From Nocardioides sp. (GTDB lineage: Bacteria; Actinomycetota; Actinomycetes; Propionibacteriales; Nocardioidaceae), in assembly GCF_036493135.1 (NCBI RefSeq), contig NZ_DASXQG010000051.1:5785-69784 (forward strand): a DNA stretch of 64,000 nt. The letters run 5' to 3'. The position numbers and the translations under genes are program-made. Position 1 is the stretch's first letter. Each line of letters opens with the position of its first letter. The notes under the pieces are model-generated. The model was not told the DNA's origin and ran no database searches. It was given only the letters and a program-made list of their open reading frames with translations. Positions 16,748 through 24,338 of this stretch are shown here, piece by piece.

Positions 16748-17923
16748 ATGCCCAGCGTGCTCCTGCCTGCGGCGGTGCTGATCAGCCTTGCCGCCGGCGC
16801 CCTGTCCACTTCTCCGCACTCCACGCACCACAAAGCCAGTACGTCGTCGCCGGTGTCGTCGCCGGTGTCGTCGCCGGTGTCGTCGTCGGTGTCGTCGTCG
16901 GTGTCCTCGTCGGGCGCCCGGGCGACGTCGGGCCGCAACCCGCTCGCCGGTCGCCCGTGGGGCACCTACGAAGGCCCGCAGGAGATGGCGTGGGCGCCCT
17001 ACGTCAACGCGACTGGCAGGCACAAGAAGCTGCTCGGCTACATCGCGCTGGCCCCGAAGGCCAAGTGGTTCGGCGCCTGGATCCCGAACAACCAGATCGC
17101 CCAGCGGGTCCAGGAGTACGTCGCGAACGCACAGGCCGGCGATCCCTCGACGCTCGTGCAGATGACGGTCTTCCGGATGGTGCCGTGGGAGCAGGCCGCC
17201 TGCAGCCGGCTTCCCACCCGGGCCGAGCGCGCGTCGTACAAGACGTGGATCGACCGGTTCGCCGGCGCCGTCGGCAGCGCCCACGCCGCGATCGTGCTAC
17301 AGCCGGACGGGCCGTTCGCACTCTGCGCACCCCACGGCTCGAAGGTGCCGTCGAAGCTGGTCGCGTACGCCGCGAAGGTGCTCTCCGCGCAGCCGCACAC
17401 CAGCGTGTACGTCGAGGCTGGCGCGGCCGACTGGCCGCATGCGGGAGCTCAGGGCGGTGTCCACGCAGCGGTGAGGATCCTGGTGCATGGTGGCATCCGC
17501 CACGCCCACGGCTTCGCCCTGAACAGCACGCACTTCGACTCGACCACCGCCGAGGTCGCACGCGCCGCCGCGATCGCGCGGGCGCTGGCGCGGAAGGGGT
17601 TCCCGGGCCGGACCGCGGTCATCAACACCTCCACCAACGGGCATCCCTATGAGTACGGCGCCTACACCGGCAGGGACCCCGACAACCCGAAGGTCTGCGG
17701 GTCCAGGACCACCCCCGCCTCGAGAACCTGCGCGACGCTCGGCATCCCGCCCACGGCCCACTCCGCCGCCCACCGTTGGGGCCTGTCCGCCGCCACCGAT
17801 CGGCTCGCGAGGAAGTACGTCGACGGCTACCTCTGGATCGGCCGGCCATGGCTGTACCGGCAGAACCAGCCGTTCGTCACCAAGCGCGCACTTCAGCTGG
17901 TCAGGACGACGCCCTGGCGGTGA
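16748..17923 (+). CDS. Secreted GH6-like (glycoside hydrolase family 6 fold) protein with divergent catalytic motifs
   Basis: ORF 16748..17923. Signal-peptide-like N-terminus and an S/P/V linker. GH6-like blocks: NPLAGRPW, IVLQPDG, YVEAGAADW, GFALNSTHF, VINTSTNG, YLWIGRPW. Confidence 0.55.
   Translation: MPSVLLPAAVLISLAAGALSTSPHSTHHKASTSSPVSSPVSSPVSSSVSSSVSSSGARATSGRNPLAGRPWGTYEGPQEMAWAPYVNATGRHKKLLGYIALAPKAKWFGAWIPNNQIAQRVQEYVANAQAGDPSTLVQMTVFRMVPWEQAACSRLPTRAERASYKTWIDRFAGAVGSAHAAIVLQPDGPFALCAPHGSKVPSKLVAYAAKVLSAQPHTSVYVEAGAADWPHAGAQGGVHAAVRILVHGGIRHAHGFALNSTHFDSTTAEVARAAAIARALARKGFPGRTAVINTSTNGHPYEYGAYTGRDPDNPKVCGSRTTPASRTCATLGIPPTAHSAAHRWGLSAATDRLARKYVDGYLWIGRPWLYRQNQPFVTKRALQLVRTTPWR
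16843..16914 (+). repeat. 12-bp tandem repeat (GTCGTCGCCGGT x3, GTCGTCGTCGGT x2, plus one partial unit) encoding (SSPV)3(SSSV)2 linker
   Basis: Read directly from the sequence. It is in frame within the GH6-like gene. Confidence 0.9.
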
Positions 17924-17926
17924 GCG

Positions 17927-18343
17927 TCATCCCTCGGCGCGCTTCGCGACCGTGCGCAGCATCCCGCGGGTGGCCCGGGCATGGCCGGTGCTGAGCATCA
18001 GCAACGTGCGGTAGGCCCAGCCGTGCGGGCCGGGGAACACCGCGTAGGTCAGGGCGCGCAGCCGCGAGGCGTCGCCCTCCGGGTCGACGCGGAAGACCAA
18101 CCGGTACGTCGAGAAGCGATGGCGTCCCGCCAGCACGATCTCGTGGGGTGGAGCCGACTCGACCACCTCGAACCCGCTGCGGGGCACCGTGCCGAGCACT
18201 CGGAACAGGACGCCGTGGGACGAGGTCGTCAGGCCCTCGACGTAGTCGTGGAGCGCCGCCCAGGTGCGCTCGGGCGTGGCCGCGACGGATCGTGCGTGCT
18301 CGTCGACGAAGGGGGGCTCGGGCGGCGTGGTCACCTCGCCCAT
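17927..18343 (-). CDS. SRPBCC (START/polyketide-cyclase-like) family protein
   Basis: ORF 17927..18424, probably from M28 (MGEVTTPPEPPFVDEHARSVAATPERTWAALHDYV..). Confidence 0.5.
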   Translation of the reverse strand: MGEVTTPPEPPFVDEHARSVAATPERTWAALHDYVEGLTTSSHGVLFRVLGTVPRSGFEVVESAPPHEIVLAGRHRFSTYRLVFRVDPEGDASRLRALTYAVFPGPHGWAYRTLLMLSTGHARATRGMLRTVAKRAEG

Positions 18344-18483
18344 CCTCGTCCGCGCGACGGTCGCGGCGGACACCGAGGTTCCTCGGCCGGGCACGGGCTC
18401 GGTGACGGCGGTGAGCGGCTCCACGCGTGGCTGGGAGAGGGGGCCCCGACGCCGCGTCGTACCGACCCACCGACGGCCCGAGC

Positions 18484-18707
18484 GCGTTGGTCTTCGACGA
18501 GGTGATGCAGACCGGCGCGGTGATCGTCGGGCGGCGTACCTTCGAGTTCGCCGGTGGCTGGGACGGCGACCACCACGACGGCGTGCCGATCTTCGTGCTC
18601 ACCCACGCCGCGCCCGACGACCCGCCACCGGGCACGTCGAGCTCGACCTGGTCCGGACTCTGACGACCCCCGACATCGAGAGCCTCGAGCACCGCGTCAC
18701 CCACCTG
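18484..18707 (+). pseudogene. Degenerate RibD_C/dihydrofolate-reductase-family remnant (frameshifted, internally deleted)
   Basis: The frame of ORF 18427..18663 reads ALVFDEVMQTGAVIVGRRTFEFAGGWDGDHHDGVPIFVLTHAAPDDPPPG. A second frame (ORF 18264..18749) continues GHVELDLVRTLTTPDIESLEHRV, which looks like the family C-terminus. No N-terminus is present. Confidence 0.45.
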
Positions 18708-19275
18708 CGCAGTCGGGTGCGCCGCCGTCGGGTCGATACCGGAGGCTGACCGTCCGGGTCGGCTCGGCGTCGTCGCGTCGGAGGTGCACGGGCTCGCCAC
18801 CAGGCGCGTCGTACAACCGGATCCCGTCGCCGAGGAGCACCGGTACGACGTGCAGGTCGAGCTCGTCGACCAGGCCGAGCTGCAACAGCTGCCGGCCGAT
18901 CGTCGGCGAGAAGACCTCGACGTTCTTCCCGCCCGCGGCCTCGAGCGCGATCCCCACCGCTTCCTGGACCGGGCACGACAGGAAGGTGATGTCGGGGGTC
19001 GGCATCGCGTCCTCGGGGTGGTGGGTGAGGACGAAGATCGGCCCCTGCCACGCTCCGCCGTAGGGCCGCGAGTCACCGATCGCACTGTCGAAGCCGGCAC
19101 GTCCCGCGAGGATCGCGCCGGTGGTCTCGACGTACTCCTGGACCAGTCCCGGGCGGTTCGTCGCGCGGGACAAGAAGTCCATCGAGTGTCCGGGTCCGGC
19201 CACGAAGCCGTCCAGACTCATCGCGAAGTGGAGGAGCACCTTGCCGGCGGCCGTCTGGGGCGAGATGTCGGTCAT
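18697..19275 (-). CDS. Dihydrofolate reductase family protein (RibD C-terminal domain)
   Basis: M108 of ORF 18697..19596. MTDISPQTAAGKVLLHFAMSLDGFVAGPG...GPIFVLTHHPED...LVDELDLHVVPVLLGDGIRLY. Confidence 0.8.
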   Translation of the reverse strand: MTDISPQTAAGKVLLHFAMSLDGFVAGPGHSMDFLSRATNRPGLVQEYVETTGAILAGRAGFDSAIGDSRPYGGAWQGPIFVLTHHPEDAMPTPDITFLSCPVQEAVGIALEAAGGKNVEVFSPTIGRQLLQLGLVDELDLHVVPVLLGDGIRLYDAPGGEPVHLRRDDAEPTRTVSLRYRPDGGAPDCAGG

Positions 19276-19289
19276 GGCCCGAGTCTTGC

Positions 19290-19748
19290 TCAGGCGGACC
19301 AGGCGCCCGCCACCTGACGAGTCGCGGCGTTCAGCCGGTTCCACACGTTGATCGAGCTGATCGCGATCAGCAGGGCGGACAGCCCCTGCTCGTCGTAGTG
19401 CCGTGCGGCCTCGTCCCACAGCTCGTCGGACACGGGGTCGCCGCGGTCCGCGAGGCGGGTCAGCGCCTCGGTGAGCTCGAGAGCGACGCGCTCGGCATCG
19501 GTGAAGTACGGCGCGTCGCGCCACGCCGCCACGGCGTACAGCCGCTCGTCGCTCATCCCTTCCTTCTTCAGGCTGGTCGAGTGGAGCTGGACGCACACGC
19601 TACAGCCGTTGATCTGGCTCGCCCGCAGGTTCACCATCTCGATGGTCTCGGTCGGTACCCCGAGCGCCGCACCGGCCCGGCTGTACGCCGTGAGCGCCTT
19701 CAAAGCGGCCGGGACGACGAAGACGGGATGGGGCATCCGTGCTTCCAT
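19290..19748 (-). CDS. Carboxymuconolactone decarboxylase (AhpD-like) family protein
   Basis: ORF 19290..19748. Has LRASQINGCSVCVQLH (CxxC) and AVAAWRDAPYFTDAERVALELTEA. Confidence 0.85.
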   Translation of the reverse strand: MEARMPHPVFVVPAALKALTAYSRAGAALGVPTETIEMVNLRASQINGCSVCVQLHSTSLKKEGMSDERLYAVAAWRDAPYFTDAERVALELTEALTRLADRGDPVSDELWDEAARHYDEQGLSALLIAISSINVWNRLNAATRQVAGAWSA

Positions 19749-19795
19749 GGTGCTTCTCCTGTCATGTCTTTTCTGTTCGGTTCGTCAACTGAGGT

Positions 19796-19822
19796 GACGG
19801 ACCGCGAAGGAGGAACCTGACA
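19796..19822 (-). promoter_or_regulatory. ECF41-type promoter: TGTCAGG-N16-CGTC upstream of the CMD gene
   Basis: The minus strand reads TGTCAGG (19822-19816), then a 16-nt spacer, then CGTC (19799-19796). The reported ECF41 target motif is TGTCACA-N16-CGTC. Confidence 0.6.
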
Positions 19823-19823
19823 G

Positions 19824-20699
19824 ATGCCTACTCAGGAGAAGCTGGCCGAGGACTTCGAGCAGCACCGCGCTCATCTGCACTCGGTCGCCTACCGGATGCT
19901 CGGCTCGATGACCGAGGCGGACGACGCCGTGCAGGAGGGCTGGCTGCGGCTGGCGCGTTCCGACACCCACGACGTGGTCAACTTGCGCGGCTGGCTGACG
20001 ACCGTGGTGAGCCGCGTGTGCCTGGACCTCCTCCGGTCGCGGAAGTCACGACGCGAGGAGCCGCTGGACTTCCACTTCCCCGACCCGGTCGTGACCCGCC
20101 TCGACGCCGACCCCGCGGCGTCCGCCGAGCAGTCCGACGCGGTGACCTTGGCCCTGCTGGTGGTGCTCGACACGCTGAACCCGCGCGAGCGGATGGCGTT
20201 CGTCCTGCACGACATGTTCGGGGTGCCCTTCGACGAGATCGGCGAGATCGTGGGTAGCACCGCGGCCACGGCCACCCAGCTGGCCAGCCGCGCTCGGCGC
20301 CGGGTCCGGTCCACGCCACCCCCCGCCGCGGATCTGGCGACCCAGCGCCGCGTTCTCGACGCGTTCACCTCCGCTGCTCGCGACGGAGACTTCGACGCCC
20401 TGCTCGAAGTACTCGACCCGGACGTCGTCCTGCGTGCGGACGGCGGACTTCGCGGCGAGTCGGGCATCGTGCGTGGCGCGCTCCAGGTCGCGTCTCAGGC
20501 CTCGGCGTTCCGGCGCGCCGGCCACGAGCCGGAGCAGGTCTGGGTGCTCGTCAACGGTGCGGTCGGTCTGGTCTCGCTGCGCAACGGGCGGCCGGTATCC
20601 GTCTTCTGCCCGGTGATCCGAAGCAACCGCATCGTCGAGATCAACATCCTCACCGACCCCGAGCGCATCACCACGCTCGACCTGAGCGACGTGCTCTGA
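19824..20699 (+). CDS. ECF sigma factor, group ECF41 (SigJ-like) with fused SnoaL-like C-terminal regulatory extension
   Basis: ORF 19824..20699 with SD GAAGGAGG. Has sigma2/sigma4 regions plus a ~100-aa extension with ADGG and DPERI (NPDKL-like) motifs. No anti-sigma gene is adjacent. Confidence 0.8.
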   Translation: MPTQEKLAEDFEQHRAHLHSVAYRMLGSMTEADDAVQEGWLRLARSDTHDVVNLRGWLTTVVSRVCLDLLRSRKSRREEPLDFHFPDPVVTRLDADPAASAEQSDAVTLALLVVLDTLNPRERMAFVLHDMFGVPFDEIGEIVGSTAATATQLASRARRRVRSTPPPAADLATQRRVLDAFTSAARDGDFDALLEVLDPDVVLRADGGLRGESGIVRGALQVASQASAFRRAGHEPEQVWVLVNGAVGLVSLRNGRPVSVFCPVIRSNRIVEINILTDPERITTLDLSDVL

Positions 20700-20710
20700 A
20701 CCCGCCTGGC

Positions 20711-21472
20711 TCAGAACGACCCCGGCCGCAACGGCGAGGCCGCGGTCAGACCCCCGTCCACGGTGAAGCACTGACCGGTGGCCCACGCCGCCTCGTCGCC
20801 GGCCAGCCAGGCCACGATGTTCGCGATGTCCGTCGGGCGACCCATCCGGCCGGCGGGGTGCCGGACGATCGCGTCGCGACGAGCCGCGGCGGGATCGCCC
20901 GCGAGGTCGAATCCCTCGTCGGCCATGTCGGTCTCGACCCATCCGGGGAGCACTGCGTTGCAGCGCACCTGCGGACCGTGGTCGATCGCGATCGACCGGG
21001 TCAGTGCGTGGACGAACGCTTTCGAGGCGTTGTACAGCGCACTCGACAGGTCCGCGACGACCCCGGAGATGGAGCCGATGTTCACGATGACCCCGCCGTG
21101 CCCGGTCATCCCCGGCAGGACGGCTCGGGACATGTTGAAGACCCCGCGGCAGTTCACTCCCACCTGCAGGTCCCAGTCGTCGTCGGTCGACTCGGCGACG
21201 GTCTTCGCGACCAGGACACCCGCGTTGTTGACCAGGAGAGAGACGGGTCCGAGCTGTTCGGTGGCCTGCGCGACGAGCCGATCGGCGTCCTCCGGTTTCG
21301 CGACGTCCGCCCGGATCCAGACCACGTCGTCGGGGAGGTACGCCGGCCGGTCGCCGCGCCCGCAGGTGGCCACGCGGGCGCCGTCGGCGGACACCCGCTC
21401 GACCACCGCACGCCCGATCCCCCGGCTGCCGCCGGTCACGACTGCAATGTGTCGGCTCAGGTGTCGGCTCAT
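20711..21472 (-). CDS. SDR family oxidoreductase
   Basis: ORF 20711..21472. Has VVTGGSRGIGRA, NNAG, and YNASKAFVHAL (YxxxK). Confidence 0.85.
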   Translation of the reverse strand: MSRHLSRHIAVVTGGSRGIGRAVVERVSADGARVATCGRGDRPAYLPDDVVWIRADVAKPEDADRLVAQATEQLGPVSLLVNNAGVLVAKTVAESTDDDWDLQVGVNCRGVFNMSRAVLPGMTGHGGVIVNIGSISGVVADLSSALYNASKAFVHALTRSIAIDHGPQVRCNAVLPGWVETDMADEGFDLAGDPAAARRDAIVRHPAGRMGRPTDIANIVAWLAGDEAAWATGQCFTVDGGLTAASPLRPGSF

Positions 21473-22434
21473 GCGTCATGCCTAGCGTCCTGGCCAGGCT
21501 TCTCGCCACCGTGGGTCGCCGCGAGCACGGAGATGAGCATGGCGTCACGCCGAGCCGACAGCTCGGTGAGATCGGATTCGGGCACGACCCGCGAGACCCC
21601 CTCGACCAGCCGGTGGACGGTCGCGTCGTCCAGTCGGGGTGTGCCGAGGTCGTCCCACCAGCGGTGGAAGCTCTCGGCGTACCTCTCACAGAAGGTCGCA
21701 AGGCCGCCCTCGTCGGCGCCGAGGTGGAAGAGCAGGGTCGGGCCCATCACGGCCCAGCGCTGTCCGGGGCCGGAGGCGACCGCGGTGTCGATGTCCGCCA
21801 CCGTTGCGACCCCCTCGTTGACCAGGTGGATCGCCTCGCGCCAGAGAGCCGCCTGCAGTCGATTGGCGACGTGGCCGGGTACCTCTCGCCGGAGCTCGAT
21901 GGTCACCTTGCCCACCGACTCGTAGAAGGCGCGAGCGGCGGCGACCACGCCGGGGGCGGTGCGCTGGTTGCCCATGACCTCGACGAGGGGGATCAGGTGT
22001 GGCGGGTTGAACGGGTGCCCGAGCACCAGTCGGCTCGGGTCCTTCCAGCCGCGCTGCAGCTCGCTCAGGGTGAGCCCGGACGCCGACGAGGCCACGACCG
22101 CGTCGTCAGCCAGCACCGGCTCGATGACGGCGTACAGCTCGTGCTTGAGATCGACCCGCTCCGGGATGCTCTCCTGCACGAACTGCGCGCCCTCGACGGC
22201 GGTGCGGGCGTCTCGGCTCACGACGACGTCGCTGTCGGGCTCTCCCGACCGAGCCAGACCCAGCTGCTGAAGCACCGGCCAGGCGGTCTCGACCGCGGCG
22301 TGGACCCGAGACTCGGTGGCGGGGTCCGGGTCGAAGACGGCGACCGACTTTCCCGCTGCCAGGAACAACGCCGTCCAGCTGCGACCGATCAGACCGCCGC
22401 CCAGGACCGCCACGGCGTCGTCAGGGGGCGACAT
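21469..22434 (-). CDS. 3-hydroxyacyl-CoA dehydrogenase family protein, L-carnitine-dehydrogenase-like
   Basis: M107 of ORF 21469..22752. Contains AVLGGGLIGRSWTALFLAAG, GHPFNPPHLIPLVEV, and REVPGHVANRLQAALWREAIHLV. Has a 4-nt overlap (ATGA) with the SDR start. Confidence 0.75.
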   Translation of the reverse strand: MSPPDDAVAVLGGGLIGRSWTALFLAAGKSVAVFDPDPATESRVHAAVETAWPVLQQLGLARSGEPDSDVVVSRDARTAVEGAQFVQESIPERVDLKHELYAVIEPVLADDAVVASSASGLTLSELQRGWKDPSRLVLGHPFNPPHLIPLVEVMGNQRTAPGVVAAARAFYESVGKVTIELRREVPGHVANRLQAALWREAIHLVNEGVATVADIDTAVASGPGQRWAVMGPTLLFHLGADEGGLATFCERYAESFHRWWDDLGTPRLDDATVHRLVEGVSRVVPESDLTELSARRDAMLISVLAATHGGEKPGQDARHDA

Positions 22435-23590
22435 GCTCGGTCTCCGGCGTGAGGTCGACCAGGTTCCGGTAGGCGTCGATGAGCAGCCCGTGGAAGTGGT
22501 GTACGCCGTGCTCGGACAGACCGGACCCAGCCCGGTCGACCACGATCCGGCCCTGGTCGAACGCCGGCGTGCGCATCCCCCGTTGGACGCTTTCCACGAG
22601 TGCGATGTCCTGCTGCTGGAGGACCTCGTCGACGTAGCGCACCGACTGGGCCTCGACCTCCTCCGGCTCGGCTGTCTCGAAGTAGAAGTCCCACGTCTCG
22701 AGGGTGCGCTCGGGTCCGTCGGGAAGGACCTGGAAGACCATGAAGTTGCCACGACCGGGGTAGCGCAGGAGACAGGTGTTGGGCCACAGCCACCACACGG
22801 CGTGCTGGTTCACGGTTGCCCCGGAGACGTCGTACGCCGCGTTCTGGTGCTTGCCCGCCTCCGCGAAGTGGCTGGACCAGATCCCGTGCGTCCTGACCTC
22901 GTAGGTGTTCATGTCGACCAGGTCGACGAACTCCTTGTGGGCGATGTGGCAGTGGTAGCACTCCAGGAAGTTGTCGATGACGTTCTTCCAGTTGGTGGCC
23001 ACGTCGTACGTCAGCCGCTTGGCGTGGCTGAGCGTGGTGACGTCGGGGGCCCAGAGCGCGATGTCGGCGGCCAGGTCGCCGGCCTGGTCCGCGAGCGCCG
23101 GTGCGTCCGGGTCGAGGTTGACGTAGACGAACCCGCCGAACTCCTCGACCTGCACGCGACGCAGGCAGATGTTCGACTTGTCGAAGGTCTCCATGCGGTC
23201 GGCCCGCCGTGCCGCCTTCAGAGCGCCGGTGAGGTCGTAGGTCCAGGCGTGGTAGGGACAGACGATGTTGCGGGTCGTGCCGGCACCCGACAAGAGCTCG
23301 TGGGCGCGGTGTTGGCAGACGTTGTAGAACGCCCGCAGCTCGCCCTCTCGGTCGCGGACCACCGCGACCGGCATCCCGGCCACGGTCGCCGTGACGTAGC
23401 TGCCCGGCGTACACAGGCGACCGGCGTGACAGATCCACTGCCAGGTGCGGGCGAACACCCCGGTCAGCTCGGCGTCGAGCCACTTCTGCTCGAGGTAGGC
23501 CTGCGATCGCAACGACATCGAGCGTGACGGGTCCGGGTGGAAGCCTGCCGCGACGTCGCGGACGTCGTCCTGGGTGACCGGCATCATCAT
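22421..23590 (-). CDS. Rieske [2Fe-2S] non-heme-iron oxygenase alpha subunit (GbcA/CntA/Stc2-like clade)
   Basis: ORF 22421..23626, whose track start is a TTG. I prefer the ATG triplet at 23582-23590. Has Rieske CQHRAHEL...CPYHAWTY and the mononuclear iron motif NWKNVIDNFLECYHCHIAH. Confidence 0.8.
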   Translation of the reverse strand: MMMPVTQDDVRDVAAGFHPDPSRSMSLRSQAYLEQKWLDAELTGVFARTWQWICHAGRLCTPGSYVTATVAGMPVAVVRDREGELRAFYNVCQHRAHELLSGAGTTRNIVCPYHAWTYDLTGALKAARRADRMETFDKSNICLRRVQVEEFGGFVYVNLDPDAPALADQAGDLAADIALWAPDVTTLSHAKRLTYDVATNWKNVIDNFLECYHCHIAHKEFVDLVDMNTYEVRTHGIWSSHFAEAGKHQNAAYDVSGATVNQHAVWWLWPNTCLLRYPGRGNFMVFQVLPDGPERTLETWDFYFETAEPEEVEAQSVRYVDEVLQQQDIALVESVQRGMRTPAFDQGRIVVDRAGSGLSEHGVHHFHGLLIDAYRNLVDLTPETEHVAP

Positions 23591-23636
23591 GGGCCGAGCG
23601 TAGGCCCCCCTTGGACGTTCGTTCAATGATTTCTTG

Positions 23637-23654
23637 GACGCTCGTACAAACGTC
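23637..23654. promoter_or_regulatory. Imperfect 18-bp palindrome GACGCTCGTACAAACGTC between the TetR stop and the Rieske start; candidate operator
   Basis: 7 of 9 positions are symmetric around a GTAC centre. Confidence 0.3.
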
Positions 23655-23663
23655 GGGTGTGGG

Positions 23664-24245
23664 TCAGGGTCCCAGGGCGATCTCCTCGCACCGGGCGACC
23701 GCGCGTCTCAGGGAGGCACGGTCCAGTCCGAGCAAGGCGGTCAACCACAGTCCGTTCTGGACGACGTCGACGTCGGCGGCGCGCTTGCCGCACTCCGCGC
23801 GGGTCAGCTCGGGGCGCGCGGCCTTGATCAGGTCGGCGAGGCCGGAGCGGTAGCGCTCCTGGGCGGTGGTGTTGATGTGGGCGAAGTCGTCGTGCGCCTG
23901 GGCGAGCGCCCACAGCTGGAGTCGCAGGGCGAGGTACTCGGTGGTGAGGAACTCCGGCTTCGCGACTCGCCTGAGAGCCGTCCGGAGCCGGGCCTGCGGC
24001 GAGGAGCCACGCACGGCGGTCACCAGTGCGATGTCCTGCTCCTCGATCCGACGGAGGGCGGCACGGATGAGAGCGGTCTTGTCCTCGAAGTAGTAGCCGA
24101 CGAGCCCGGGGGCGACCCCGGCCTCCCTGCCCACCGCGCGGATGCTGACTCCGGAGATGCCGTGCTGCGCGAGCAGGCGGAGGACGGCGTCGAGGATCCG
24201 CTCGTCCCGGTCCTTCTGCGGGGCGTTGCTCGACGAGCCGGTCAC
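23664..24245 (-). CDS. TetR family transcriptional regulator
   Basis: ORF 23664..24245. RILDAVLRLLAQHGISGVSIRAVGREAGVAPGLVGYYFEDKTALI. Confidence 0.85.
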   Translation of the reverse strand: MTGSSSNAPQKDRDERILDAVLRLLAQHGISGVSIRAVGREAGVAPGLVGYYFEDKTALIRAALRRIEEQDIALVTAVRGSSPQARLRTALRRVAKPEFLTTEYLALRLQLWALAQAHDDFAHINTTAQERYRSGLADLIKAARPELTRAECGKRAADVDVVQNGLWLTALLGLDRASLRRAVARCEEIALGP

Positions 24246-24269
24246 AGCGGGCAGCCTAAGGCCGGGCCA

Positions 24270-24285
24270 GTCAGCGGGCGCTGAC
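24270..24285. promoter_or_regulatory. Palindrome GTCAGCG-GG-CGCTGAC upstream of the TetR gene
   Basis: 7-bp arms, 25 nt upstream of the TetR start and 54 nt downstream of the dnaB stop. Confidence 0.25.
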
Positions 24286-24338
24286 CAACCGGGGGTCGAG
24301 GCGGACGTCGTACCACCGGCTCAGCAACGGGACCATCA

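Noticed and set aside
23591-23626. TTG start at 23626 for the Rieske oxygenase, as given by the ORF track
   Set aside because: Three consecutive ATGs at 23582-23590 are more plausible initiators. The 12 extra N-terminal residues (MNERPRGAYARP) add nothing recognisable. This remains uncertain.
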